A stretch of 64,000 nt of DNA from Candidatus Woesearchaeota archaeon (GCA_018657845.1 JABHWJ010000020.1:190-64189), one strand, 5' to 3'; counted from the first letter of the stretch, positions 1 through 9,906 are shown. Notes: generated by a model from the letters alone, not told the origin. Numbers and translations: made by a program.

Positions 1-1303
1 ATTGTTCCCTTCCACTTAATGTTCCTGCATAATTCTTCAATCCTTTGGCCAATTCCATTTCTACGGCCCCAGCACCTGCAACAACCTTTCTCTCTCTTAA
101 GGCCGCAGCCAAATCTCCAATTGCATCAGTAACTGCTCTTTTAGCTTCTTCGGCAACATGTTCAGTTCCCCCTCCAATAAGCAGAGTCATTGCTTTAGGA
201 TTTTTACACCTTTCCACAAAAATCATTTCTTCATCGCCAACCTTCTCTTCTTTAACCAACCCAGCGTAACCCAAATCTTCTAAACTTAATTCTTTCAAAT
301 TAGTAATTATTTTTCCGCCAGTAGCTCGAGCTAGTTTTTCCATATCTGACTTTTTAACCCGTCTAGCAGCCATGATTCCAGCCTTAGCTAAGAAGTGTTG
401 TGCTAAATCATCAATTCCTTTTTGACAGAATAAAACATTGGCCCCAGAATTTCTAATCCGATCAACCATCTCTCGCAAAGATCTCTCTTCTTGCTCTAAA
501 AAAGCATTCAACTGCCCAGGATCTGTAATTTGAATTTTAGCATCAATCTCTGTATTTTTAATTTCTAAAGCCCCATTTATCAAAGCCACTCTAGCTTCCT
601 CTATTTTTTCTGGCATCCCTGAATGAACTCTTTCTTTATCTAAAACAATTCCTTCAATTAACTCACTATCTTCCGTACTTCCACCAATTCTTTTCTCTAC
701 TTTAATATCATCTAAATCTATTTTCAATTCCCCATTGATCTCTTCAGATATTCCTTTAACAGCTTTTAACACTAACTCCGCTAACTTCTCTTTATTAGTC
801 TCTGCGCCTTTTCCGGTCATTGCTGTAATCGCAACATTTCTCAGAATATCTTCATTTTCTAAAGAAACACCTTCTGCTAAGCTCTTCAAAATCCTTTGTG
901 CTTCAGCTTCTGCTAATCGATAACCCTTAGCTAAAATTGTTGGATGAATTTCTTGATCAAGTAAATCTTCAGCTTTTTTCAATAACTCTCCTGCCAAAAC
1001 AACCGCAGTAGTAGTTCCATCTCCCACTGCATCTTCTTGAGTCTTAGCAACTGCTACTACCATTTTCGCTGCAGGGTGTTCAATCTGCATCTCTTGTAAT
1101 ATAGTCACCCCATCGTTGGTGATAATAACTTCTCCCATCGCATCAACAATCATTTTGTCCATTCCCTTTGGACCTAAAGTTGTACGGACAGTTTGAGCCA
1201 CAGCCTTTCCTGCAGCAATATTATTTCTTTGAGCATCCCTACCAGTAGTTCTCTTAGTATCTTCTGGCAAGATAAAAATTGGTTGTGTATTTGAATTATC
1301 CAT
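1..1303 (-). CDS. ths: Thermosome (group II chaperonin) subunit, N-terminal ~434 codons; C-terminus lies beyond the window start
   Basis: Absent from the ORF track because it runs off the window. Manual minus-strand translation from the ATG at 1303 gives [108 protein letters not shown], the canonical thermosome/CCT N-terminus with the GDGTTT motif. Confidence 0.93.
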   Translation of the reverse strand, partial: MDNSNTQPIFILPEDTKRTTGRDAQRNNIAAGKAVAQTVRTTLGPKGMDKMIVDAMGEVIITNDGVTILQEMQIEHPAAKMVVAVAKTQEDAVGDGTTTAVVLAGELLKKAEDLLDQEIHPTILAKGYRLAEAEAQRILKSLAEGVSLENEDILRNVAITAMTGKGAETNKEKLAELVLKAVKGISEEINGELKIDLDDIKVEKRIGGSTEDSELIEGIVLDKERVHSGMPEKIEEARVALINGALEIKNTEIDAKIQITDPGQLNAFLEQEERSLREMVDRIRNSGANVLFCQKGIDDLAQHFLAKAGIMAARRVKKSDMEKLARATGGKIITNLKELSLEDLGYAGLVKEEKVGDEEMIFVERCKNPKAMTLLIGGGTEHVAEEAKRAVTDAIGDLAAALRERKVVAGAGAVEMELAKGLKNYAGTLSGREQ

Positions 1304-1304
1304 T

Positions 1305-1862
1305 TTATTCCTCCGCACCCTTCACTCTCTTATAAGTTTCAGTTAAATGTTCTAACTCTTTATCAATAATTTTCTTGGTAAACTGATACACCAATGGATT
1401 TCCCAGAACATAATTAGTTGTAATAAGGGCATACGCTTGTTCTATCCTTTTTACTCCATTCTGACTTGATAATGAATTATATTCATCGGCTGCCACAACT
1501 AAGGATTTTTCCCAAGCTCCAGTCATAGCCTCATCATCATTAAGATCTATTCCATCTGCCTTAACTCTTCTCTCCAGATCAGACCTCAGCTGTTTACAAA
1601 AGATCTTATAAAAAGCATCCTCACTTATCTCTGGAGGCCCATCATAAGCAAAACATCTTTTTTCATTATGTATCATTTCTTCAACAGAACAGTACTTCTC
1701 AATCGTTTTCCATGCCTCTGCAACTGCAGGATTTTGCTTCCTAAATGATTTGTCCTTCATTTGTGGAAACTGTTCTAACAATTCATCCTTTGCTTCCCCA
1801 TAGATTAAAATATCATTAGCAACTTGCTGTTGTACTAAAAAATCATAAACTGATTCTACCAT
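1305..1862 (-). CDS. Hypothetical protein (185 aa), immediately upstream of and abutting the thermosome gene
   Basis: Long ORF with no family motif recognised. Its stop codon (1305-1307) lies 1 nt from the thermosome ATG (1303), implying co-transcription. Confidence 0.6.
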   Translation of the reverse strand: MVESVYDFLVQQQVANDILIYGEAKDELLEQFPQMKDKSFRKQNPAVAEAWKTIEKYCSVEEMIHNEKRCFAYDGPPEISEDAFYKIFCKQLRSDLERRVKADGIDLNDDEAMTGAWEKSLVVAADEYNSLSSQNGVKRIEQAYALITTNYVLGNPLVYQFTKKIIDKELEHLTETYKRVKGAEE

Positions 1863-1995
1863 TTATAACCACCCAATTAAATTTATTACCTCTTTCAAGC
1901 AGTAACTTCTTTATAAAGATTATGAAAATCATCTTTCTAGTACAATAATCTTTATTAACCCCGTTCCCTCCTACTTTCTTCAAAGGAAAACCCAA

Positions 1996-2811
1996 ATGAC
2001 ATCACAAATAATCTTCTTAGGTACTGCTGGAGATTCTTCAGTTACTGCTAAACAACTACGTGGTTCAGGTGGAATTGTTCTCCAAATCGAAGATTTCCAA
2101 TTTAATCTAGACCCTGGACCCGGAACTCTTAACAAGATGAAGGAATTTAGTCTCAACATAAGAGCTACCACTGCTCTTCTTGCTTCTCATGCCCATTTAA
2201 ATCATTGTAATGATATTAACGCGTTAGTTGATGCCATGACTCTTTCTGGATTAGATAAAAAAGGAGTCCTTATCGCCAATAAAACTATAATTGAAGGTAA
2301 TGAAAATTATAATCCTTATTTAACTAAATATCATAAAAACCTCTTAGAAAAAGTGATCACTTTAGAAAAAGGACAAAAAGTAGGTATTGAGTTAGTAGAA
2401 ATCCACGCCTTAAGTGCAGAACACACCGACCCCAATTCTCTCGGCTTTAAGTTCTACTGTCCACGATTTACTCTAGGTTACACTGGAGACACTAAATACA
2501 ATAAACAATTAGTTGAAGAACTTCAAGGTTCCGACATCTTAATCCTTAACGTTCCCTATCCTGGAAACAAATCTGAAAATCTTAATCTAGATACTGAGTC
2601 TGCAACCAAAATTATTGCCAAAGTAAAACCACGCTTAGCTATTATTACTCACTTTGGATTAGAAATGCTCAAAGCCGATCCAATTGTAGAAGCTCGAGAA
2701 ATTCAACGAGCAACTGGAGTACAAACCATTTCTGCAAAAGAAGGATTAATCATTTCCCCAGAAGCGTACGCAGCTAAATCTCCCCAACACAGATTAAGTA
2801 ATTTTTATTAA
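1996..2811 (+). CDS. Metallo-beta-lactamase-fold hydrolase
   Basis: N-terminal FLGTAG, then LASHAHLNHCND (HxHxDH-type motif, here HAHLNH), with later His/Asp-containing beta-lactamase-fold blocks (EHTD, ITHFG). Confidence 0.7.
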   Translation: MTSQIIFLGTAGDSSVTAKQLRGSGGIVLQIEDFQFNLDPGPGTLNKMKEFSLNIRATTALLASHAHLNHCNDINALVDAMTLSGLDKKGVLIANKTIIEGNENYNPYLTKYHKNLLEKVITLEKGQKVGIELVEIHALSAEHTDPNSLGFKFYCPRFTLGYTGDTKYNKQLVEELQGSDILILNVPYPGNKSENLNLDTESATKIIAKVKPRLAIITHFGLEMLKADPIVEAREIQRATGVQTISAKEGLIISPEAYAAKSPQHRLSNFY

Positions 2812-2822
2812 ACCCTAACTTC

Positions 2823-3698
2823 TTAGATCATTCCAATTAACCAAACAACTAATAATCCTAGAAAACATCCTGCACTGATAAAAGGCATTGCTGGATAAAA
2901 CTTTTCTTTGTCACCTTTCCAAAAGATAACCCACAAACCCGCAGCAGCAAACAAAGGAATCAAAAGAGCCTGCCACAAACCAATTTCCTTCAACACTATT
3001 CCTGCAAATATTAATGGAAACCCAATATCTCCTCCACCCAACATTGCGGTTCTAACTTTCTTCTTCACTGTCTTCTCACCTTTCTTAGGTTTCTTCAATT
3101 TCCCTAATTTATAAGGAATAAATAATCCTGCAAAAATCTTCGCTTTCATTTGTGACTTTGCTAACTTAATCATGTGCTTCGATTTCCAAACCGCATAAGC
3201 ATCATAAATAGAAATTAACACCAATAACACCACTCCTGCCCACAGACTAAATAAAGGAACAAAAATAGCCGCTAACCCCCCATAAATAAAAAGCTCAGTC
3301 CCATTCTGTATCCACACATTAGGTTTAAACACTTTCCACAACCCTAAACCTAACGCCAAAGCCAAAGCAAATCCTTCCCACATAAACGCATTAAAGGAAT
3401 AATCTAATGCTACCACTACTGCCAGTGTAAACCAAATCTTCCACACCAACATCAACTTATATTTCATCATCAAAAAAAGAAACATTGTCCCAATTAATAT
3501 CGCTCCCAAAACAATAAACGGAAAATAAGTTTGTTCTTTAACAGTTGGCTCTTTAACTAACCCTTCCTTAAACACAGTCTTCCCTTCCAGCATACTCTGT
3601 TCTGCATCAATGTAATTCCATAGAACTGCTAGTCCAATAAACTGAGCTAACAAAAATATAACTAACAACACCAAGGTGATCTTTAAAGAATGTTTCAT
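2823..3698 (-). CDS. Presenilin/signal-peptide-peptidase-like intramembrane aspartyl protease (A22 family, archaeal PSH-like)
   Basis: Polytopic membrane protein with a YD motif (ISIYDAYAVW), a GxGD motif (MLGGGDIGFPLIF) and a PAL-like motif (YPAMPF) in the canonical order. Confidence 0.7.
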   Translation of the reverse strand: MKHSLKITLVLLVIFLLAQFIGLAVLWNYIDAEQSMLEGKTVFKEGLVKEPTVKEQTYFPFIVLGAILIGTMFLFLMMKYKLMLVWKIWFTLAVVVALDYSFNAFMWEGFALALALGLGLWKVFKPNVWIQNGTELFIYGGLAAIFVPLFSLWAGVVLLVLISIYDAYAVWKSKHMIKLAKSQMKAKIFAGLFIPYKLGKLKKPKKGEKTVKKKVRTAMLGGGDIGFPLIFAGIVLKEIGLWQALLIPLFAAAGLWVIFWKGDKEKFYPAMPFISAGCFLGLLVVWLIGMI

Positions 3699-3730
3699 TA
3701 CTAAGAGCTAAATTTTCATAGTTTAAATAG

Positions 3731-5293
3731 TTAACTCAATCCAACTCCAGAAAAACTCTGCTCCGCTTTCTCTCCAGTATTACTCAATTTAACAAACTCC
3801 TTAAACAAAGGAACTTTTATTGGAACTGCAAACTTAGTAAATGTAGAAGTAACTAAAGCTTCTCCCTTATCTAAAGAAGCGATATTCCTATTATCCTGCG
3901 AAAGATCTTGAGGTGCACTCTCAATAATCGCTTGTCTCTCAGAACCCATTTCTATTCCCAAAATAATTTTAGTATTCATATTAGCTAAAATATTCTTAGG
4001 GATCTCTGAAGGCAACTGCGTTATCGCAATCAGACCAATTTTAAACTTCCTACCTTCCCTAGCAATACTTTCAAATACATTTGACCCTTGTTCCAAAACC
4101 CTTTTCCCCAAAACCCTAGGAGCTTCTTCCAGAACAATAGAAACTACCGCCTTATCTTCTAAAACTCCTTGTTTCTTATAATATTTATATTTTTCAAAAA
4201 TCTCAGTAGTGATCAAACCACCCACTAAAATCTCAATCGCTCCAGAGAAAAAACTGGTATCAATAATCACAATTTTTCCTTCTTCTAACTCTCGACAAAT
4301 ATCTCCAACTGTATTCTCTCCAGCAAACTCATCGAAAATACCTTGACAACAAACTCTTCCATCTACTAATTCCAACCCTAATAAAGAAATTAATTTCCTT
4401 TTTACAACCGAGATAGTGTCCTCATGAAAATTCATCCCTTCTATCTTCCGTTCCTCAAGCAAACACTTAATCCACTCATCTTTAAATTTCTTAGAATAGG
4501 CATACAAACATTGCCTCTGAGGATCGGATAAATTAACTGCCCCTTGAAAATGTTCTGGCTTCAATCTCTTTAAATTAATCTTCAATGTCCGCGCACCAAC
4601 CGGAGCATTACTAGGGGTATAATAACTAACTCTGTCTTTCTGGGGATGATCCTTTAATCCCAAACCATTTCTTCCATAGTATTCATCATGAGGGTCTAAA
4701 ACCAACATTCCTGCATATCCCTGGCCTAAAACATCCCACAATATGCAACTCATCAAATTACTTTTACCTTTTCCAGTAGAAGCTGGAATCAAAACATGAT
4801 GACTTAAAACTTCTTTTCCTGGAAGAAAAATATCAAAATCCATTTCCTTACTTCCGCTTCTTAATTTTCCTAAGAAAAATGGACTTTCTGGTTTAGTAAT
4901 AAAAAACAAATCTTCTTTTCTAATCTCTCTTACCTTATTAAAAAAAGAAGGCAACATTTTACAACTCCGACTATTCTCGCCAACCGTCAGCATAGGTTTC
5001 AAAAACGCTAATTGATAATTCCTTAAATTACTGTCCATTATCTCAAATGTTCCAGTTTCGCTGGACTGAGAACCATTACTACCTGTATTACTTTCTTCTA
5101 AATTCATTCCCGAAACCAACTCTAGATTTTGCTGAGATAGTTGAGAACCATATTGTAAATCATAAACTTGTAAAATAAATCGCTCGCCAATGTCTTCAAT
5201 CACCATTAACTCCCCTAATTCTACCTGTTCTCCGGCTTTAATTCTAATTACAATCTTTCCAAAATCTCCAGAAATCACCTGCCCCTTTGTCAT
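3731..5293 (-). CDS. HerA-like (DUF87/FtsK-HerA superfamily) P-loop ATPase with N-terminal HAS-barrel-like domain
   Basis: Walker A is [10 protein letters not shown] and Walker B-like is VVSIVLEEA. The N-terminal beta-barrel-like segment ([23 protein letters not shown]) and C-terminal ITQLPSEI...NTKIILG are typical of HerA/DUF87 proteins. Confidence 0.72.
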   Translation of the reverse strand: MTKGQVISGDFGKIVIRIKAGEQVELGELMVIEDIGERFILQVYDLQYGSQLSQQNLELVSGMNLEESNTGSNGSQSSETGTFEIMDSNLRNYQLAFLKPMLTVGENSRSCKMLPSFFNKVREIRKEDLFFITKPESPFFLGKLRSGSKEMDFDIFLPGKEVLSHHVLIPASTGKGKSNLMSCILWDVLGQGYAGMLVLDPHDEYYGRNGLGLKDHPQKDRVSYYTPSNAPVGARTLKINLKRLKPEHFQGAVNLSDPQRQCLYAYSKKFKDEWIKCLLEERKIEGMNFHEDTISVVKRKLISLLGLELVDGRVCCQGIFDEFAGENTVGDICRELEEGKIVIIDTSFFSGAIEILVGGLITTEIFEKYKYYKKQGVLEDKAVVSIVLEEAPRVLGKRVLEQGSNVFESIAREGRKFKIGLIAITQLPSEIPKNILANMNTKIILGIEMGSERQAIIESAPQDLSQDNRNIASLDKGEALVTSTFTKFAVPIKVPLFKEFVKLSNTGEKAEQSFSGVGLS

Positions 5294-5391
5294 GAATCTT
5301 TAAAAGAAATAGTTCCTATTTAACATTTTGTATTCTTAACTAGAACCATTACCGATACTTTTTTAAATAACCCTCATTTTTACCATTAATC

Positions 5392-5646
5392 ATGGAAGGA
5401 ATCGTAATGCATTTTAGACAAGGACGTCATCACCAGAATACTGGGCAGAACATAATCAAAGTAGCAGAAACTGCTGAAGAAGCAGAAAAAACTATTGGTA
5501 AAACCGTTTCTTGGACCTCTCCTGCTGGCAAAGTGATTAAAGGAAAAATATCTGCATTACATGGTAAAAATGGTAATGTTAGAGCAATTTTTGCAGAAAA
5601 AGGACTTCCCGGCCAAGCTCTTGGTCAAAAAATTAAGATTGAATAA
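5392..5646 (+). CDS. rpl35ae: Ribosomal protein L35Ae
   Basis: GKTVSWTSPAGKVIKGKISALHGKNGNVRAIFAEKGLPGQALGQKIKI matches the L35Ae signature (HG..G.vra.F...lPg.a.G). A TATA-like ttttttaaataa lies about 25 nt upstream. Confidence 0.85.
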   Translation: MEGIVMHFRQGRHHQNTGQNIIKVAETAEEAEKTIGKTVSWTSPAGKVIKGKISALHGKNGNVRAIFAEKGLPGQALGQKIKIE

Positions 5647-5670
5647 TTCTTAAGAAAAAATTCTATAAAA

Positions 5671-6360
5671 TCAAACTTTTTTCAATTCATTTAATATTGG
5701 TAAAGATTGATTCTTAATTGCAGTTAATTGGGCTTTGATCCCATTTACCCGATTATTCCAATTCGCATCAGTTGTTCTTCTTGGTAATTTTCTAATCACT
5801 TCACTTTCTACTTTACTTCTCAGACTTTGTGCCGCAGAAGCATATCTATCAAAGAAACCTTGCCACTCTCCTTCATGTTCAGCACGAGCATGTTTAAGTT
5901 TTCTCCAAGTGTGATGAAATTCTTCTTTAAGATTATCCATCTTACGCTTAGCTTCTCTTCTATTCCCATCAGTTAATAAATTAGCTATCTCCTCTGTCAA
6001 ATTTAAAGCTTTAACTAAAGAATCAATTGGTACTAAAACTGCTTCTTTTCTTTTCCGTTTCTCTTCATCTTCTTTATTCTTCTTCTTCTGCTCTTCTCCA
6101 TGCTCTTTCTTTTCTTTCCTTTTCTTCTCTGCAACAGCCTTTCGATCTCCGATAAACTCTTTAAACTCTTTTCTACGCTTCTCTAGAGTATCATCTTTCT
6201 TTTTCTTTCCCTCAATTACCTTTCCACCACCAATTGATCCAATGAACACAAACTTCACTGCATACCACAGAATCATTGCTGAAACAACTATCAGGGCATA
6301 ATTGATAAAACCATTTATACTAGCTTCAACTGCATTAGAAAGTGTCATTCCAAGTGCCAT
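5671..6360 (-). CDS. Module 3, B-type: N-terminal TM anchor + K/E-rich linker + helical/coiled-coil domain (229 aa), unknown function
   Basis: TM helix is FINYALIVVSAMILWYAVKFVFIG, followed by KKKKDDTLEKRRKEFKEF...EKRKRKE and a helical C-terminus. The ATG shares 1 nt with the stop of the upstream A-type gene (TAATG at 6358-6362). Architecture matches 6989..7864 and 8446..9294. Confidence 0.7.
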   Translation of the reverse strand: MALGMTLSNAVEASINGFINYALIVVSAMILWYAVKFVFIGSIGGGKVIEGKKKKDDTLEKRRKEFKEFIGDRKAVAEKKRKEKKEHGEEQKKKNKEDEEKRKRKEAVLVPIDSLVKALNLTEEIANLLTDGNRREAKRKMDNLKEEFHHTWRKLKHARAEHEGEWQGFFDRYASAAQSLRSKVESEVIRKLPRRTTDANWNNRVNGIKAQLTAIKNQSLPILNELKKV

Positions 6361-6923
6361 TATAACAACTTACCTCCCAATATATTTACATGAGTTCTCA
6401 TTGCCGCTAAAATCCAAAATAAAAGTACACATAAGACTAATTTTAAAAATACATGAAACCTAGTTTCTTCTTCATCATTACCTGGAATTTTAAATAATAA
6501 AAAACCAATCCCTACTACTGGGCCTCCAATTAACAACAAAGCAACCATAGTTGCCCATCCAGTTCCAACACCTAATAATACACTAGGAGACAAAAAGATT
6601 GCTGTGATCGTAGCGAGAATTGCTGCTACTACTCCCCCTTGACCTCTATTCAAAAAACTTAATGCTCCTTTCTTGCCACCCATCATAGTAACTACAGCAA
6701 AAATGATCGTGAACACTAAAATCCAAACTAAAATTCTAGTAAAAGCAACTACTGAATTTCCTGAAGACATATTTAGAAAACCTAATTGTCCCATCCATAA
6801 GAATTTATTCCAGACTCCATTTAACATCCCAGTATTTCCAACTCCGGCAGCGCTAGTTCCACTACACCCCACAATAAATAAATTTAATAAAAACAATAAA
6901 CTATTCTTCACCAACCTTTTCAT
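6360..6923 (-). CDS. Module 3, A-type: lipobox signal peptide + four-TM membrane protein (187 aa), unknown function
   Basis: Signal peptide with lipobox LFIVGC/SG, then four G/A/I/L/V-rich hydrophobic helices. It is a divergent paralog of 7868..8410 and 9299..9883 (shared block VVAFTRILVWILVF vs LGFVRILIGILAF vs AVAFIRVILGVLIGF). Confidence 0.7.
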   Translation of the reverse strand: MKRLVKNSLLFLLNLFIVGCSGTSAAGVGNTGMLNGVWNKFLWMGQLGFLNMSSGNSVVAFTRILVWILVFTIIFAVVTMMGGKKGALSFLNRGQGGVVAAILATITAIFLSPSVLLGVGTGWATMVALLLIGGPVVGIGFLLFKIPGNDEEETRFHVFLKLVLCVLLFWILAAMRTHVNILGGKLL

Positions 6924-6988
6924 TCTCTTAAAGAATAATCTTAAACTTATAAACTTTTTGTTTGATTAGAATATATAAGAAAAATTAA

Positions 6989-7864
6989 CTAACCCATTAA
7001 CTCTCGAGTCTTAACCATAATTCCTTGTAAGTCTGTTACTGCTGCTTCTTGTTTATCTCTTGCTGACTTTAACTCTGCCCTCATAGAATTTCCAGTAGAG
7101 ATATTTAAATTATTCTTAATGGTAGTTAACCTTGACTGAAGGGTAGTTCCTCCCAAATTTCGAGTATAATTTACTGCAGAACCTCCAGTAAAATTAATCA
7201 ATTTAATGTGTCTCAAACTAGATTTAATAACTGTAGTATATTTTGATAAGACTTGATCCCTAAGCAAATCTTTAGTTTCTTTATGTTTCCTTAAAATATC
7301 TTTTTCCAAAGCCATTATTGGTTGTTTATCAACTTCATTATCATCTAAAACTCCCAATAGTCTCTCCATTTCAGTTTCTTGTCTAAAAGTATATCTTCTT
7401 ACTGCCCTAAAATGACTAATAGAATCTTTAATCTTCTGCTCTACAGCTTCAACTGCATTAACTAAAACGTCTCTCTGTCCAACATTGTTAAACTTGGTCC
7501 TTCCTAAAGCTGAATCTATAGCACCAACTGCTCGATCCATCTCAATTTCAATCGCATCAATTTTCTCTAACTCTTTTTCTTCTTCTATATGTTCTCTTAA
7601 AGTTCGAGTATGTGTTCTTCTTAATTTCTTTTTCCTAGACTTCTCTGCTTTATCAGAAGATTTCTTATAAGCATCTTTACCTTTATCCCACAGTTTCTTA
7701 CCGGTACCTTTTCCTAAGCCATACTCTTTACCACTCTTCTTTTCTCCCATAGGGTTAAAAGCAATCAAATATACAAAATAACCTGCACAACCTAATAGAA
7801 CTATCTGTACCCAATTCCCTAACAAGAGAATCCAAGTTACAAATCCATCTAAAGGTCCTGCCAT
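6989..7864 (-). CDS. Module 2, B-type: N-terminal TM anchor + K/E-rich linker + coiled-coil protein (291 aa), unknown function
   Basis: TM helix is WILLLGNWVQIVLLGCAGYFVYLIAF. Clear paralog of 8446..9294 (RRYTFRQETEMERLLGVLDD vs KKITWRQESKMEKLLRDYEE; ALEKDILRKHKET vs VLEKNILGLHEES). Starts 3 nt after the stop of the upstream A-type gene. Confidence 0.75.
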   Translation of the reverse strand: MAGPLDGFVTWILLLGNWVQIVLLGCAGYFVYLIAFNPMGEKKSGKEYGLGKGTGKKLWDKGKDAYKKSSDKAEKSRKKKLRRTHTRTLREHIEEEKELEKIDAIEIEMDRAVGAIDSALGRTKFNNVGQRDVLVNAVEAVEQKIKDSISHFRAVRRYTFRQETEMERLLGVLDDNEVDKQPIMALEKDILRKHKETKDLLRDQVLSKYTTVIKSSLRHIKLINFTGGSAVNYTRNLGGTTLQSRLTTIKNNLNISTGNSMRAELKSARDKQEAAVTDLQGIMVKTRELMG

Positions 7865-7867
7865 TTT

Positions 7868-8410
7868 CTAAACACTCACTCCGGTCACTAAATGAGCCCA
7901 GTGACCTATTTGTGATACTAACCACATTGCAAATAATACTCCCACCAATTTAATAACCGCAATACTTCGGTTAGGAGTTGGTGTACCCAAGATTAACCAC
8001 AAACCTGCGGCAATTGGTGTACCCATTATAATAAACGCAAACAGTACGGCATAAGTCGAAGCTATTGAAGTTAACACCGTTCCTGGTAAAAACACAGATA
8101 CCATCACTGCCAAAATTATTGCGATCCCAATTCCCATTGGCCTAGTTAATCCAGGGATTACTGAAACTCCAAGATAAAATAATATGAATGCTAAAATTCC
8201 AATTAAAATTCTTACAAAGCCCAAAACTTGATTATCTGCATTGGTACCTAAAAACTTTAATCTCCCAACATCTAAAACAGTATACCATGCATTTTTACCA
8301 GTTGTTCCTATATCCTCGAGAAAATTAGTTTGTGCAGAAACAAGAACTGAAGAACTAATTAATAAAATTAGAAACATCATCGATAAAAACATCAAGTTCC
8401 TCTTTTTCAT
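7868..8410 (-). CDS. Module 2, A-type: signal peptide (SPase I-type, VSA/Q) + four-TM membrane protein (180 aa), unknown function
   Basis: Begins MKKRNLMF like module 1 A-type. Shares LILGTPTPNRSIAVIKLVGVLFAMWLV with LILATPTHSRATAVVKIAAVLFMLWLV of 9299..9883. Confidence 0.75.
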   Translation of the reverse strand: MKKRNLMFLSMMFLILLISSSVLVSAQTNFLEDIGTTGKNAWYTVLDVGRLKFLGTNADNQVLGFVRILIGILAFILFYLGVSVIPGLTRPMGIGIAIILAVMVSVFLPGTVLTSIASTYAVLFAFIIMGTPIAAGLWLILGTPTPNRSIAVIKLVGVLFAMWLVSQIGHWAHLVTGVSV

Positions 8411-8445
8411 TTTTTTAATTATTCTCCTTAACTATTTAAAGTTTT

Positions 8446-9294
8446 CTAATGCCACGCTGGTTTAATCTTAGCAATTATTCCTCTCATGTTTTCCAGTGCC
8501 TTTTCTTGTTTATCTTCTGCCTCTTCTAGATTTTTCTTGACGTTTTCCATTTTACCAAACCACCCATCAAATGTTTTTTTAGTGGTGGCAGTAAAATTAA
8601 TCGGCCCACTAATCTTGGCCTTAGCACTTTTCTTTAAATTATTTGAGATTCCTTCTATTTCTTTTTCAGCTCCTTCTACAAATTTTGCGCTTTCTTCATG
8701 TAATCCTAAAATGTTCTTTTCTAAAACCTTGATGGGTCCTAGTTCTTTCTCATCAACCCCTGCTTCTTCATAATCTCTCAACAATTTTTCCATCTTACTT
8801 TCTTGTCTCCAAGTTATTTTTTTCAATTTTCTAAAATTTCTTTTTAAATCATTCAAACTTTCTTTTAAATTAGAAAACGTTTTTGCTAAAGTTTTTACTT
8901 CATCTATAGAATAAAACTTTCGCTTATTATAAATTCCTTCTAATTCTTCTTCAGCATCAGATAATTCTAAATCAACTAAACTTAATTTCTTTAGGTACTT
9001 CTCGTCCCCAACATACTCTCTTAATGCAGTAGTTTTTTCTTTCTTAGCATCTTTCTTGGATTGCTTTAATGCTTCATTCTTCTTTTCAGCATTTTTATCG
9101 GTACCTATCATCCATCCTGGGCCTTTCTTATGGGCTCCCTTCAACTTATCCAAAGACCACTTAGCTTCTTTATGTTCTCCTTCAGTTCCACCTTTAACAA
9201 AAAGGTAACCATAATAAATTAACATACCTACCAGTATTGCGTTCGCCCAACCTGTTAGGTTGGATACCCAGTCCATTAAACTTTCTAATACCAT
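8446..9294 (-). CDS. Module 1, B-type: N-terminal TM anchor + K/E-rich linker + coiled-coil protein (282 aa), unknown function
   Basis: TM helix is WANAILVGMLIYYGYLFV. Paralog of 6989..7864 (see there). Starts 4 nt after the stop of the A-type gene at 9299. Confidence 0.75.
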   Translation of the reverse strand: MVLESLMDWVSNLTGWANAILVGMLIYYGYLFVKGGTEGEHKEAKWSLDKLKGAHKKGPGWMIGTDKNAEKKNEALKQSKKDAKKEKTTALREYVGDEKYLKKLSLVDLELSDAEEELEGIYNKRKFYSIDEVKTLAKTFSNLKESLNDLKRNFRKLKKITWRQESKMEKLLRDYEEAGVDEKELGPIKVLEKNILGLHEESAKFVEGAEKEIEGISNNLKKSAKAKISGPINFTATTKKTFDGWFGKMENVKKNLEEAEDKQEKALENMRGIIAKIKPAWH

Positions 9295-9298
9295 CTTA

Positions 9299-9883
9299 TC
9301 ATAAACCCATTGATCTAAAAATTGTTGAAATAAAACCAGGAGTTGAAGACAATTTATAGGCCCAACTTCCTAATTCATTAACTAACCATAACATAAATAA
9401 CACTGCTGCAATCTTAACTACTGCTGTTGCTCTTGAATGAGTCGGAGTCGCCAATATCAAATACAGACCTATCGCTACTGGAGTAAACACTAATATAAAT
9501 GCAAACACTGCTGCCCAAGTTTCCCCAAACAACAAAATCAAAGAGGGTGGAAAAAATATAGTAACCACAATAGCTAACAATACTGAAATCCCTATTGCTG
9601 CACCATTAGGCAAACCAATTAAAGAGATTCCCAAATAAATTAAAAATCCGATCAACACTCCTAATATAACTCTAATAAATGCTACTGCCTTACTCTGACC
9701 GGTATTCAACCCAAGAGCCTCTAGACTCCCAATATCTACAACCAATTCAATTAATTGTGTCATTCCCAATCCATTAAATCCAGAATCTCCAGATTTTCCA
9801 GGAGAATCTTGAGTGGCACAACCAGAAAATAATAATAGAACTAACAATACAACTAAAAACATCATCAAATTCCTTTTTTTCAT
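9299..9883 (-). CDS. Module 1, A-type: lipobox signal peptide + four-TM membrane protein, unknown function
   Basis: The ORF track starts at 9892 (MELMKKRN). I prefer the ATG at 9883 (MKKRNLMMFLVV) because it matches the paralog start MKKRNLMF and lies about 29 nt from a TATA box at 9907-9919. Lipobox is LLFSGC/AT. Confidence 0.72.
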   Translation of the reverse strand: MKKRNLMMFLVVLLVLLLFSGCATQDSPGKSGDSGFNGLGMTQLIELVVDIGSLEALGLNTGQSKAVAFIRVILGVLIGFLIYLGISLIGLPNGAAIGISVLLAIVVTIFFPPSLILLFGETWAAVFAFILVFTPVAIGLYLILATPTHSRATAVVKIAAVLFMLWLVNELGSWAYKLSSTPGFISTIFRSMGL

Positions 9884-9906
9884 TAACTCCAAGTAAATTT
9901 CTAACC

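Noticed and set aside
3731-5293. Annotating the ATPase as the HerA half of a HerA-NurA (or Mre11-Rad50-linked) repair operon.
   Set aside because: No NurA, Mre11 or Rad50 gene is adjacent. Only the generic HerA/DUF87 family call is supported.
5671-9892. Interpreting the six-gene membrane cluster as a prophage, holin cassette or mobile element.
   Set aside because: No integrase, transposase, capsid or terminase genes are present, and no flanking direct repeats or tRNA target were seen. Composition looks like the rest of the window. The cluster is embedded between L35Ae and S19e.
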